From: Podarcis cretensis
Lineage: Eukaryota
DNA length: 64,000 nucleotides
Direction of reading: 5' to 3'
Assembly: GCA_951804945.1 (NCBI GenBank)
Contig: OX638149.1
Coordinates: 118,358,001-118,422,000 of the forward strand
Shown here piece after piece: positions 1 through 11,527 of this stretch. The translations under genes were made by a program, and so were the position numbers. The notes below the pieces were generated by a model. The model was not told the origin of the DNA, did no database searches, and was given only the letters and a program-made list of their open reading frames with translations. Numbering within the stretch: position 1 is the stretch's first letter; each line of letters begins with the position of its first letter.

Positions 1-250
1 AGTGTACAGCTTCCGGGTCATGTGGCCAGCATGACTAAGCCACTTCTGGCGAACCAGAGCAGCGCACAGAAACGCCATTTACCTTCCCGCCAGAGTGGTA
101 CCTACTTATCTACTTGTACTTTGACGTGCTAGGTTAGCAGGAGCTGGGACCGAGCAAGGGGAGCTCACCCCCTCACAGGTATTCGAACCACCGACCTTCT
201 GAGTGGCAAGTCCTAGGCTCTGTGGTTTAACCCACAGCCACCCGCGTCCC
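1..250 (-). mobile_element. Sauria (POM-type) SINE, 3' end outside the window
   Basis: Reverse complement of the 3541 element; tRNA-like head GGGACGCGGGTGG...GGTTCGAAT. Confidence 0.9.
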
Positions 251-260
251 AGCCAAGAGA

Positions 261-414
261 TTAGTAGGTGCATATTAGAAGGCGCGTTGGTTTCTCCCTG
301 GCTCCTCCTGGCCGTGCTTTCTGGCTGAATCCCATCTGGCCCCGGACGCGAGCGGGAGGAGGAGGAGGGGCTGCTGTCGAGTGAAAAGTGCACACACGGA
401 GTGATTGATGAACT
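261..414 (-). pseudogene. Putative HoxD2 exon-1 relic (frameshifted, premature stop)
   Basis: Minus strand AGT TCA TCA ATC (SSSI), then after a 1-nt frameshift HSTAAPPPPPARVRGQMGFSQKARPGGAREKPTR... ending in TAA at 263-261. This is colinear with HOXA2 exon 1 as recalled ([44 protein letters not shown]). Position 3' of HOXD3 and strand match a paralog-group-2 locus. Confidence 0.7.
402..409 (+). promoter_or_regulatory. Pbx/Hox bipartite site TGATTGAT inside the Hox2 relic
   Basis: Perfect TGATTGAT(G) consensus coinciding with the SSSI codons; HOXA2 exon 1 is known to contain a conserved Hox-Pbx response element. Confidence 0.6.
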
Positions 415-594
415 CTTCATAGAACTAAAAAAAAATTTTTTTTTAAATCCGCCCCGTCGGCCCTCCTGTCTCACCGCGACTGCCCTGCTCCCAGCAGTAA
501 GGAAGAACACGCAGCCTTCCTTCCTTCCCCACTGGAAAACGCGGCTTCCCTTGGTGAATAACCAAGGAAGAGATTTGTTGCTTGTTGGCGATCA

Positions 595-725
595 ACTTAC
601 CATTCAGTCTCTCTCCTGATGAAAGTAGCTGAGGCCCCCAAAGTAGCGGAGACCTGGCTGAGCTCTCGCGCCTTTCCAGAGGCGGCGCTGGGTTAATGAT
701 TGAGCGCAGTGCCTGCCACGTGGTC
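595..725 (-). promoter_or_regulatory. Hox-type promoter module with splice donor upstream of the Hox2 relic
   Basis: E-box CACGTG 717-722, TCAATCATTAACC homeodomain/Pbx-like motif about 691-703, CpG-rich context, consensus donor ATG|GTAAGT at 601/600. Confidence 0.5.
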
Positions 726-1225
726 GCACAAAGAGGCTCCGCCAACTCGTCTCGGGCCACGCAGTGAAGCGAGAGTGGAAAGAGCGAATATCCCCCCCCC
801 CCAAACCCCGCACTCTTGCGCGCTATTGTTTGGTTTCAGGCTCCGGAGCTCTGGGATTGCGCGAGGAGGAGACTCTTTCCAAGAGTGCGCCTGGCCTGGT
901 GTTGTTGCTGGCAAACGTTTGCCATTCCAAGCCAGAACCTTCTTGATTTATTTATTTTTTAAACCATTGTGCTGTGTGTGGTTAGGGGGCGTTGTTTGGT
1001 TTTTGGAAGGAAGCTGGTTTCTGCGCCTTGGAAGGCAAAACGGAGCCTGGTGAAAGACGTCGGGGGCTTCCTTTTCTCAAGCTGCAATGTTTCTGACGGT
1101 GTGGTTTGGATGAGGCGACTGCAACTGCCACCCTAATCGTGGACTGTTGTATATAAGAAAAAGCAGCCTGAACCGGTTTATTGTGGCACAAACTTTGTGT
1201 GCCACAAAAAAATCTGCTTTCCAAG

Positions 1226-1418
1226 CACAGAAGCCAACTCGCAAGGGCCGAGGTCCCTTTGCCCCCCTAAAATATTTGAGGGGTTCTCCTCTCCCCAAAA
1301 GTTGATGGACACTGCCATTCAAATGCTGTGTGCGCCCCATGTCATGTGATACATTATGTGGGGCAGGGCTTACCTGAGGGACCCCCCCCCCAATATTTTA
1401 TTCAAGTTGGCACCGCTG
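1226..1418 (+). mobile_element. Non-autonomous hAT element, family A
   Basis: Ends CACAGAAGCCAAC...GTTGGCACCGCTG; 8-bp TSD tttccaag/cttccaag. Confidence 0.8.
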
Positions 1419-1789
1419 CTTCCAAGGGTCAGAAGGGTAGTTCTGCCACAACGCTCTAGCGTAGCGCTCTAGAAAAGAATTTTAGTTGTAGCAGGAAGCG
1501 CGGAAGACCAGTGAAGTAGCCTAACTCTGCACAAGGCCTTTATTTCTTCTCTGCACAGTACTGTAGCCTCTTCTCCTTCTGTCACACCACAGACCCGCAC
1601 GACAGGGTTTTAAATGAATGGATCTGGGATCCAGAGCTCTTTTGGTTCGTATAGCAAGCTGACTCTGTTTTGCATTAATTGTATTAATTTGCAAATAAAA
1701 TGTATAATTTGTATAACTGGGTTAAAAAATGGAAAATCAATAAAGAATAATTGGCAAAAAAGAGAGAGTTTTTCCTAGTCTACGTACCT

Positions 1790-1976
1790 CAGTGGTGTCC
1801 AAACTTTTTCACAGAGGGCCAGATTTGATGAAGTGAATGGCCGACCAAAGGGCCAACCAAAGTTGCTGAGGTTTTTTTTTAAGGATTTAACCCCAGGTAA
1901 TAAACTGCCATAGGGACCGGATTAAACCGACCAGCGGGCCGGATTAGGCCCCCGAAACGGACTTTGGACATGCCTG
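1790..1976. mobile_element. hAT MITE, family B
   Basis: TIRs CAGTGGTGTCCAAA / TTTGGACATGCCTG; TSD acgtacct/acgtagct. Confidence 0.8.
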
Positions 1977-2259
1977 ACGTAGCTGATCCGGATTGGGACC
2001 GGATGGGTGGATTTCCATCTCCTGACATTAAGTGATGTTGTGGTGCCCCTGATCAAAGGCATCTTGGCACCGATGGCTTTGCCCCACCCAAAGCACTAGA
2101 CAATGGTCCTCTCTGTGCTCATTAATCACCACCACTTCATGACCACAGGAGTCCAGGACAGAATCCCCACGTGACGAGGCCCCAATGATTGGCTGAAAGG
2201 GCGGATGAGGAGGTGATGGAATCCATCTATTTACCACCCTGATTGAGAGTACACCCGGG

Positions 2260-2434
2260 CAGAGGTGCCAACTTGAATAAAATATGGGGGAGAGGGCAGG
2301 TAAGCCCTGCCCCGCATCATCGATCACAAGATGCTCGGGCCCTATTTGAATGTCCATCAACTTTGGGGGGGCCACCCTCAAATATTTATTGGGGGGCCCG
2401 AAGGTACCTCAGCCCCTAGGAGTTGGTTCGTATG
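2260..2434 (-). mobile_element. Non-autonomous hAT element, family A (inverted copy)
   Basis: CAGAGGTGCCAAC...GTTGGTTCGTATG; 8-bp TSD cacccggg/cacctggg. Confidence 0.8.
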
Positions 2435-3540
2435 CACCTGGGTGCGCACCGTGCACATGATTTAGTATACGCGCGAAGGCTGGAGCAGCGCGTAATCGTG
2501 GTCTTGCGCTGTAGAGTTTGGGAGTGGGGTGGGTGGGTTCGGTTTCCACGTTCTGCAGAATGGAACGCTGAAATCTAACAGCCAAGTTTTGTCCTGGACT
2601 ACACCACACCGGGGAGGAGGCATTCTTCAAGCATGCATTCAGAAGAGTGCGGGAATAAAATAAAACAGACCCCATCTGCAACCTGAAGTAGTGCAGCCTA
2701 GGAAAAGTTTTACCTCTGCGCGGAAAATGGAAACAAATAAAATGCCTCGCATTCCTCATTACCGAAGAAGCCCCGCTTAGAAAAAAATCATTCACTTGGA
2801 GGATTTAAATACGCGCGCGCGCAATTAGACTCTTTCCTCCCCCCGCTCCGCCTACGTAAATAACTTTATAGGAAGGGTTACAAGTATTTACACATCCAGC
2901 CCTTTCAGCTTTGACTGAAGCTCTTTGGCACAGCCCAAATGAATGCAGTTCAAAGAGTCCTTGGCAAAGGCAGCCTTCCTTCCAAGAAGCTAAAAAAAAC
3001 AACAACTACTGTGCTAACTGACTTGGCATTTATTTTCTCTTGTTATTTTCTCCCCATTTGCTCGAATGTGCCGTGCCCTTCCCTCCTGCAACCTCCTAGC
3101 CCCTGCCAAAAATCCCCAGCGGTCCAGCTTAGCTCCACAGACTTTCCAGGACAGAAAAGAATAGAAGGCAGCTGGCAAGCTAGAGACCCTGCACACAGCA
3201 GAGAGACGGGCGAGGGCAAAGGGGGCTGGGCTGGGGGTTAGCACTGGAAGTCTGGACTAGGCGGTTGAGGTTGACTCCGACCTGAACACAGGCCCCTGTC
3301 AGTGCCACCAGTGGGACTTAACTTCCAAGGAACGTGCTCAGGATGGGTGATATCAGTTCCCCGTCCCCACCATTTCGAAACACACTTCTGGGTGGGAACT
3401 AGTCAGGGGGAAGCACTTTGGCACCTATATCCTATGCCTGAGTGGGCGTCAAGTAACTTCGACACAGAGCAGACCCACTGAAATAAATTTACTCAGGTTA
3501 GCCATGTGCATTTTTTTCCATGGACCTAACATTGGATACA

Positions 3541-3901
3541 GGGACGCGGGTGGCGCTGTGGGTTAAACCACAGAGCCTAGGACTTGCCGATCAGAAGGTC
3601 GGAGGTTCGAATCCCGCCACAGGGTGAGCTCCTGTTGCTCTGTCCCTGCTCCTGTCCACCTAGCAGTTCGAAAGCATGTCAAAGTGCAAGTAGATAAATA
3701 GGTATCTCTCCGGCGGGAAGGTAAAGGGCGTTTCCGTGCGCTGCTCTGGTTCGCCAGAAGCGGCTTAGTCATGCTGGCCCCATGACCCGGAAAAACTGTC
3801 TGTGGACAAACGCCGGCTTCCTCGGCCAATAAAGCGAGATGAGCCCCGCAACCCCAGAGTCGGTCAGGACTGGACCTAATGGTCGGGGGTCCCTTTATCT
3901 T
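3541..3901 (+). mobile_element. Full-length Sauria (POM-type) SINE with 14-bp TSD
   Basis: A/B boxes (TGGCGCTGTGG, GGTTCGAATCC), CCTTTA-type tail, and perfect TSD TAACATTGGATACA at 3527-3540 and 3902-3915. Confidence 0.93.
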
Positions 3902-4323
3902 TAACATTGGATACAACCTCCTGAGTTCAAGTGAGCCGCTTTCTCTATAGCTCACCATGTCGTGACGTTTGGGTTGGTCCTAACAGACGCAAAGATTTTG
4001 GAATTATTGTCAAGCAAAAGGCTGCTGCTTTTACGTGTTGGTTGTTGAACTCAATTGAATTCTAAATCTCTTGGGGTGGGTCGTTTTCAATCACTCTGCT
4101 CAGCCCCATTGCCTTTGGTGGAACTCTCCCACGAGAGGTATGTGACGATTGGGTGCCAAACCACCAAGGCTTCGATGCTAAGTACTGTACGCTTACTTGG
4201 CAATAGGTCATATGATAAGGGACTCCGGTGGGACTGCTTCTGAGTAACTAGGCGTAAGATCAGGTTGTAGCAGCCAGAATGCTACAATGCTGAACGGAAC
4301 TGAAAACCACCCTGCGCTTATAT

Positions 4324-4476
4324 CCTGTGGCTCAATGGGGTAGTGCGTCTGGCTGCTAACCAGAAGGTTAGCGGTTCGAGTCCACCTAGTTATGGCTGTG
4401 GGCAGGATTCGTCCTATTGTACAAGGAATTGAACTAGATGAACCTCAGGGTTCCATTCAACTCTATGACTCTATGT
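4324..4476 (+). mobile_element. tRNA-head, CR1-tail SINE (Squam3-like)
   Basis: GTGGCTCAATGG...GGTTCGAGTCC head and CTAGATGA...CAACTCTATGACTCTATG tail. Confidence 0.7.
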
Positions 4477-4552
4477 TTCCCTGTCCCAAGCAAACTGAGT
4501 ACTCTCCGATCCTATTTCTGACCTTTACTTTTGTGTTTAAGGTAGGATGTTA

Positions 4553-4794
4553 CATTGGTACCTCGGGTTACATACGCTTCAGCTTACATACGCTTCAGGT
4601 TACACACTCCGCTAACCCAGAAATAGTGCTTCAGGTTAAGAACTTTGCTTCAGGGTGAGAACAGAAATCGTGCTCCGGCGGTGCGGCGGCAGCAGGAGGC
4701 CCCCTTAGCTAAAGTGGTGCTTCAGGTTAAGAACAGTTTCAGGTTAAGAACGGACCTCCGGAACGAATTAAGTACTTAACCCGAGGTAGCACTG
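4553..4794 (+). mobile_element. Tc1/mariner-superfamily (Tigger-like) MITE
   Basis: TA-flanked TIRs CATTGGTACCTCGGGTTA / TAACCCGAGGTAGCACTG; internal TTCAGGTTA repeats. Confidence 0.85.
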
Positions 4795-5654
4795 TACTTG
4801 GGTTCCACCAATTCTAGTGAAGCATCCTTCTACATAATTGCGGTGTGTGTTTTTTTAAAAAAATAAAAATATGGGTGTCTCCTACCCGCATGTAGTGCAC
4901 ATGTGTCTACGTCCTAATGCCTCAAAATAAGTGCTATTTTGAGAAGGGAATTTAATGAATATAGATGTTTCTACTGATTAAAGGACCACGGAGGGGCATT
5001 CATTACTGGGGACGTTGTCTTAAACGTGAATTGGGGGTGATATATGTCACTTGTATTTTGAATCAATAGAAACGTTATAATTTGTTTCCTTGCCTGTTTA
5101 TTTTTATTGCCGGGGCAGCATCAAGAGATTTATTAGAAAGCTGAGAACTACCCTCACAGCACTTGCACGTGGAAAAAAATTCCAGAAAGGAGTCCACATT
5201 TAATCTGCAGATGGACCAGTGGTCATTTGCATGCAACTAATTATTATTCCCAGTGCTAATCAAGACAGCGTTTAGAAATAATATTACTGGTGTAAACACC
5301 CTTGTGAACCCTTTACAGAAAACCGATTTTAGCTGCAAATAATGAATTTGGTTCGGTAATGTAAAGTATGAAGACTCCTGTCAAAACCCCATTATATGCC
5401 ACTAATTTTTTCCCAAAGTTGCCTGGCTGCGAACTAGCGAACTTCGAACTAGCCCTGAGTCCAGTGAGTGATATTCCGATCCAGGCCAACTTTGCTTTGA
5501 AGTATATCCCCTAGATTTTAGTAAAACTGACTTGCAGGTTTTGGATCGCGATGTCAATCATCTTAAACGACACGGCGATACTTCAGTTTATCTCCGCGGT
5601 GGATCGGAGCGGGTTTTAAAAGGCTCATTTCTCAAGCCGCCTTTCTTTCCAAGA

Positions 5655-5800
5655 GGTCGGCCACGTGACTAGCTGAATAAATTCTGGAAAAGCTGAGGAG
5701 ACGCTGCAGAGTCTATTTAAGCAGAGCTATTTTACAAATGGGAGCAAATAAAGCCGCACATTCGGTTACCATTGCAATTGATGTGAAATTTCAGAAAGGC
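5655..5800 (+). promoter_or_regulatory. Conserved-looking element or possible antisense promoter 3' of HOXD3
   Basis: GGCCACGTGAC (5662-5667) followed by TATTTAA (5714-5720) on the plus strand in a CpG-enriched patch. Confidence 0.4.
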
Positions 5801-8800
5801 TTATATACACCTTCGTTCGTAAACGGATGGCGTGATCTGCGTCTCGATCATTCATCCTTCCTAACTGAACACGCTGCCACTTACTCCCTGAGTAAACATG
5901 CATAAGATTGCGCTGCAATTTATTTATTATGCTAGAAATCGAAGAAATATCCAGCTATCTTCCTGCGCAGCCCCGACCCCTATATCTGTTTATCCTGCTA
6001 TGTTCACATTTACTTGGGAGTAAGCCCCAGTGAAAACAGGGGGCTTGCTTCTGACTAAACATGTACAGTATAGGATAGGAGAGCCTCGAATTACCTGAAA
6101 CCAAAGGGGGAAGAGGGCTTAAATTTGACTGGATTGCACCCAGTAATAGAATCCCTGCTTTAAGGGATTTTAACGTCCTCATTCACACCCACCCGCTCCA
6201 AAAGACATTGGGAAGAAGAAGCATTCTAAAGGCAGGATCCTCTCCAGCACTCCTCCTCCTCCTGGGTTTCATGCTAGTTAGGTGCTACTCAAGCCGAATC
6301 GGCGGATCCTGTGTATTTGACAAGGAAGGAAGCCTAGCGGAGTCCAATAGGACTTCATCCTAAGGAAGCGTTCGCCGGAGTGCAGCCTTCCATGAATCAG
6401 AAAGGAGTACTAATCAGCCTTGGCAAGTATCTGAAATGCTTTGTAGAACCCAAACCTAGGCATGTACACTCAGAATTAAGACCTACTGGGTTCAGGAAGC
6501 CTTACTCTAGAGTAAGTACACAAAGGCAGGAAATACACGGTCTATGCATGTATACTCACTGGGTTCAATGCGGCTTACTGCTAGAACAGTGTGAACAGGA
6601 CAATGCACGCTTAGACTCAGGAGTAAGCAAGTATATAGGACTGGAGCCTAAGGCTCTCTTCTGGTCGCGTCTTGGCTACTTCAGCCCTGTAGTGCGCACT
6701 ATCTTCTGGAGGGCAAAGAGAAGGGAGAGCTGCCTTATGTGTGTTTTAAGTTCTTTTCACCGGCGGCTCCTTTCTTTTATTTTTATATTTTAAAGATCCT
6801 CCATACCACAAAGGGAGGCCTCCTAGTCTAACGTCTAAATGCTACGCCGCAAATAAACCGTGCGCGCTTTTGTGCCTTGCAAGCGGACCTTCTAAACCGA
6901 AGAGGCGCCTCTTTGCTTTGTTCCTTGGCGACCTCTGCATTATTATTCCTGTGCAAAAATGGCTACCAGGCCCCTTTGTTTGCACACAGCTCTGTTACAG
7001 TTGGAGAGGGAGAGAGGGAGGGGAGGGGGAAGGAGCCAACGAGAGAAGGCAGGCAGGCAGGCAGGCGGGCAGCCTCTATGCAGCGGGTAGGCTGCTGTAG
7101 CATCCACGTCGCCTTGCAAATACCTTCAGCAAAGCGTATCCCCCACTGACCCCGTCGAGTGGTGTCCTATCCGACGGACGTTGCTTAGCTACAGGGTTTA
7201 CTCCAAGCCAATGAGGAAGGAGACCCGGGAAAGATGCAGCGCCTCGTTTCTTTACCTAAGTGTGGGAGTATCAAAGCCCGTCAAAGCACAGGAGGAAGAC
7301 CAGGGAACGGGCTGAAGGCCCCTCTCCTCCCATTCGGAGGGGCTGATACCTGCGAATAAAAATGGGGAGCTAAATCTAGTCTAAATGTTTGCTCCTCGCT
7401 CTGCCTTCCTCCCCTGCTTAGAACAGCCGGAGCCCTGGAATCGCCTCCGAATCGACGGGCAGGAGGCTACTACGGATCCGTGTTGGCTGCTCCTTGGGTG
7501 TCAAAACATTAGGTTCAGTCCCATGCCCGCTTCTTTCCCGGGAGTAAGTACCACGAAATGGTACTCAAGGAGGGTGGGGGTGGATGCCCTTCTGAAGGGA
7601 ATGAAGAGGAAAACAAATGGTGACTTATGTGACTTGGTGACTTATGGGGCCGATGCTAAGCAAGTTCACTTAGAAGTCAACCCAGCTGACTTCACCCAAT
7701 ATTACTTTCCAGAAGGGTCTCTTAGGATTGCACCCCTAAAGAGAGAACTGGGGTTGTGGGGGGCATGTGCCTCTGATTCTCAGGCTCTCTCGCGCACACA
7801 TTCACACCCACGCGGATCTTCCCTTGTCGCCCTAGCTTCTTTCTGCCCACATGCAATACCACAATAAGCCACAATCGAGTTTACCACTTTGGGTTGCAGT
7901 GTGTAAGTCTGAATTAAAAGCGAAGGCGTGCTACGCAATAAAATTAAGGGCAAAAGAGGAAGACTATTTCAAAATTTAGACTTTGTTTCCCCTTAAGAAG
8001 GGAGAAGGGAGTTTGTTAGGGTAGCCTCGTTCCTATTTTTCTTTCTTTTCACCTTAACCATTGAAAAAATGGGAGGGGGATAATGTTGGCGTCCTCCAAA
8101 AGCACATTTTTGGCTTTGGCCAGGAATCTGGCGCAGCTAAAATGAAGATGAGTTACATTTAAAGGCAAGTCCCCGCAACCTTCCTCCTGATGTTCTTGAA
8201 AAGACATGGGCTTAGATGCTCCTGGGGAGAAGGACTGTTGACTCTTTGTAAAAGGGGTGCGGGGGGGGGGGGGAGAGAAATATTATTGGACCCGCTTACA
8301 GCACATTGTATTTGATTCAGATAACACCCCAGCAATTCAGGAAGCTAAACGGAGCAAGATTTATGTTAGGTGTGGAAACGGGTTGTATATCATTTATGAC
8401 GATCCGAAATGGGCGCGAAAGCCAAAGGGATGTTGTGCCAGAAACGTCTTTGAGCTTAAAGCAGAGCCATTAAAATCCGTGGGAGAGTTGCCATTGACTT
8501 CTATGAAGAGTCCCTCCTCTCCTCCATCTCTCTCTCTCGCTCGCTCTCGGGCACGGATCCCACAGCTGTTTACTTGGAAGTAAGCGCCAATTTAATCAAT
8601 GGGGCTTTCTGGCCAAGTAATTTGCTTAGCCTCGACGTGTTCCTCCGGGGCTGGCCTCCTGAGTCGGGGGGGGGGGCAGAAATAGAGCCAAGGGGAGACG
8701 TCGCTGCCCAGTACACTAATTGGGTTACGCTTTAAAGGGAGGCCTATGCCAATTCTAACAATATACTCCTACACAAGCCCTGAAATGTATGATTTCGAGA

Positions 8801-9568
8801 CTCACTTATGAAGGCTATAATGTATATATGTATAGCACAGTCTCTTCAAATCCCCATTGAGAGGGTGCCAATTGAGTGCTATGAATATTTTGAGAAAGGC
8901 TATCCCAATTTTTCTACGTATGTACAGAACTGTGTGTGTGTGTTAGTATATAATCCCTCCCAGCGATGCTTATAAATTATAGTGTCCCCTTTACTCGACT
9001 TTAAGAGGGAATAATAATGCAAGCCAGCCAAGGCACCATTTGAAGTCGAGCCCATAAAACATTAAGCTGTGGATAACACGTTGGGCCTCCCAGTCCCGCA
9101 GACTCAGCGGATGCCTTCTGAGTGACACACTAGACCATAAAGGGCCCACAGGGTTCGACTCTTTGTGCAATGTTTTGATTTATAGTAGTATGTGAAATAT
9201 GCCCTCACATGAAGAACATAAAAATAAAATCTACATGCACTATTTATTTATCAATTCAGTTGCCGGGAATTCCCTGGAAGACATATTAGAAAATCATTTT
9301 GTTGTGGTTGTAGCAGCTCACCAGTTGTGCGTATTATTAGTTATTGTATTCTGATTATTTTTTTTTAATGCTGGAAGAAACAGAAACTGCCATAGAAAGC
9401 CACTTTAGATCTGGAAGTGGTTAAAATATTTCTTCATTTGAAGCTGTTTATTCTGTTTTGTTTACAGATCTACAACACTTGGGTAAAAGTGAGATTTAAC
9501 AAAATGATACATTTCCCCCTCTTCTCTCAGTTAACAACATGGTATTTTAAAAAAAAGATAACGAGGTG

Positions 9569-9611
<43 letters not shown>

Positions 9612-10196
9612 TATACATATGTTATACTATATATATACATATCCATCCTCGTTGTCTAGACAGACACAAATGTAGGAGTAAAAACCTCTCACACACAAAA
9701 AGAATTGCAGTAGTTGCCATCATAGGACGTGGAGAGATGGAGCTGCATTATTAGTCAAACTGAAAAGTGAGGTTTTGCTACTGTTCTGTGGGACTTCAAA
9801 AGATCTGAATCTTAACTGAGTGCTTTTTAAAGCGATAAGGGATGCTTCCTTCTGAATTAATGGGCATGTATCGCTTCTAACGTGTACCTAATGCCACTTT
9901 CATGTTGAGAAAAGCTTTATAAAACCCAGTAAGAGATTAAATGCAACATACAAATAAAGAGGAAGAGTGGGGCGGGGGAGGATGTTTGCGTTTCCTGTCC
10001 CTTCTAGGCTTGGGGCAGAAACATTAGTTTACACAGGGATTGTACCAATGTCTGCTACAGAAGACTATATTAAATATTGATAGACCTAATTTCCTATCTC
10101 GAAAGCCATTCTGAGCATTTCAGAAGGACTTCCTCTCCTAAACCCTACCGCAGTCTTTCCTTTGTAGATACTTGATTGTCAATATTTCATTCAAAG

Positions 10197-10253
10197 TTTC
10201 TTCTTCTTCTTCTTCTTCTTCTTCTTCTTCTTCTTCTTCTTCTTCTTCTTCTT
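10197..10253. repeat. (TTC)n microsatellite in the probable extended HOXD3 3'UTR
   Basis: About 19 consecutive units. Confidence 0.95.
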
Positions 10254-11527
10254 CCCTCCCCTCCCTGTTCAGCAAAAGTAAGTTCGCGTTTCCAGTGACT
10301 TGTACAAAATTGATTTATGGTTAGCATAAATATCATATCATATAAATAATAATAATAATAGTAACAAAAATAATAACTGAAACAACAGTTTTAGCCTGAA
10401 TTGCTAAGAAAATCCTAATTACATCAACAATATTATATTGCTCCTAAATGTAAGTCTGAAGGTGTTGCATATTTTAAACTTTAAAATGATAAACAAGCAA
10501 CCAGACGAAATGGTGTGTGCAACAGATAGGAAGGAACCAATTTATGTATGCAGAAGTTGGTCAAAGACCAAACAGTCAACTGGCCACTATATAGCAGAAT
10601 ATAACAATATATGAGATATAAGGTAGCTTTTAATGCTAAGTAAAACCATACCAAACAATCTGAAATAAATAAACATGTGATATATATAGATAGATATATA
10701 TTAAAATAAAAAATGTATCGGCTCTTTTGTGTAATGTTTCAGTTTTTGTATTAATCTATGACTTACAATTTGCTTAATCCTTACATAAACTACAAACACC
10801 AGCCACTGTTACAACTGTTCAAAACTACTCTTTCTATTTCAGACCAAATATACTAAATAGGTGAAAATGTATAGTCACCAAAGACCTGAATCAATCTTCC
10901 CAAGTTAAGGGGGAAAGGGGGTGTGAAGAAACTCTACAAATATCCACATAAATACATTGAAGACCAGGATTAAATAATCAATGATACAAAAAAAAAAAAA
11001 GGTTCCTCTTAAAATAATAAATACATCTTATTTAAGTCCAAAGCAATCTTTCACATTACTAGAGAAAAAAATCTTATAAATTATAACTCTCGAAATAAGT
11101 CTCCGTTTTGGTCCCAAATGTTGTAAACACCTCATCAGGACTCACTTTCCCCGAGTTCTAATGGATTTCTACAACTTACCTTCCAGTACATCGTTACCAA
11201 TTATTACTCCCTTGAGGGAATGTTTAGATTTATTTATTTTTGTTAAGGATATTGCACTGCCATGCTTTTAAACGGCTAAAACATTTAAGAGGACAACAAG
11301 GGATGGGGGATGGGGCGGAAATAATTTTCATGGACTCGGTCGCCAAAGAAAACAAGAAATAGGTAGCTTCTACCAGGGACACACAAAAAAACCCACTGTA
11401 ATACTCAAAGTAATACTGCAACATCAGGGGCAAAGTGAGGTAATTTAAACGCGAATGCATTTCAATCTCTCTCTCGCTTTCTCTTTCTCTCTCTCTCTTT
11501 CTTTCTTTCTGAATGCGTTCCAGTCTA

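Noticed and set aside
106-510. 134-aa minus-strand ORF as a functional gene
   Set aside because: It runs through a poly-A/T tract and into a SINE. Only its SSSI segment is in the Hox2 frame, so it is treated as part of the relic.
3541-3620. tRNA genes at 3541, 4324 and 15505
   Set aside because: A/B boxes belong to SINE heads; there is no complete cloverleaf and SINE bodies or tails follow.
9200-11527. miR-10 seed site in the HOXD3 3'UTR
   Set aside because: I found no sense-strand ACAGGGT by eye; the near match at about 10263 lacks the full seed.
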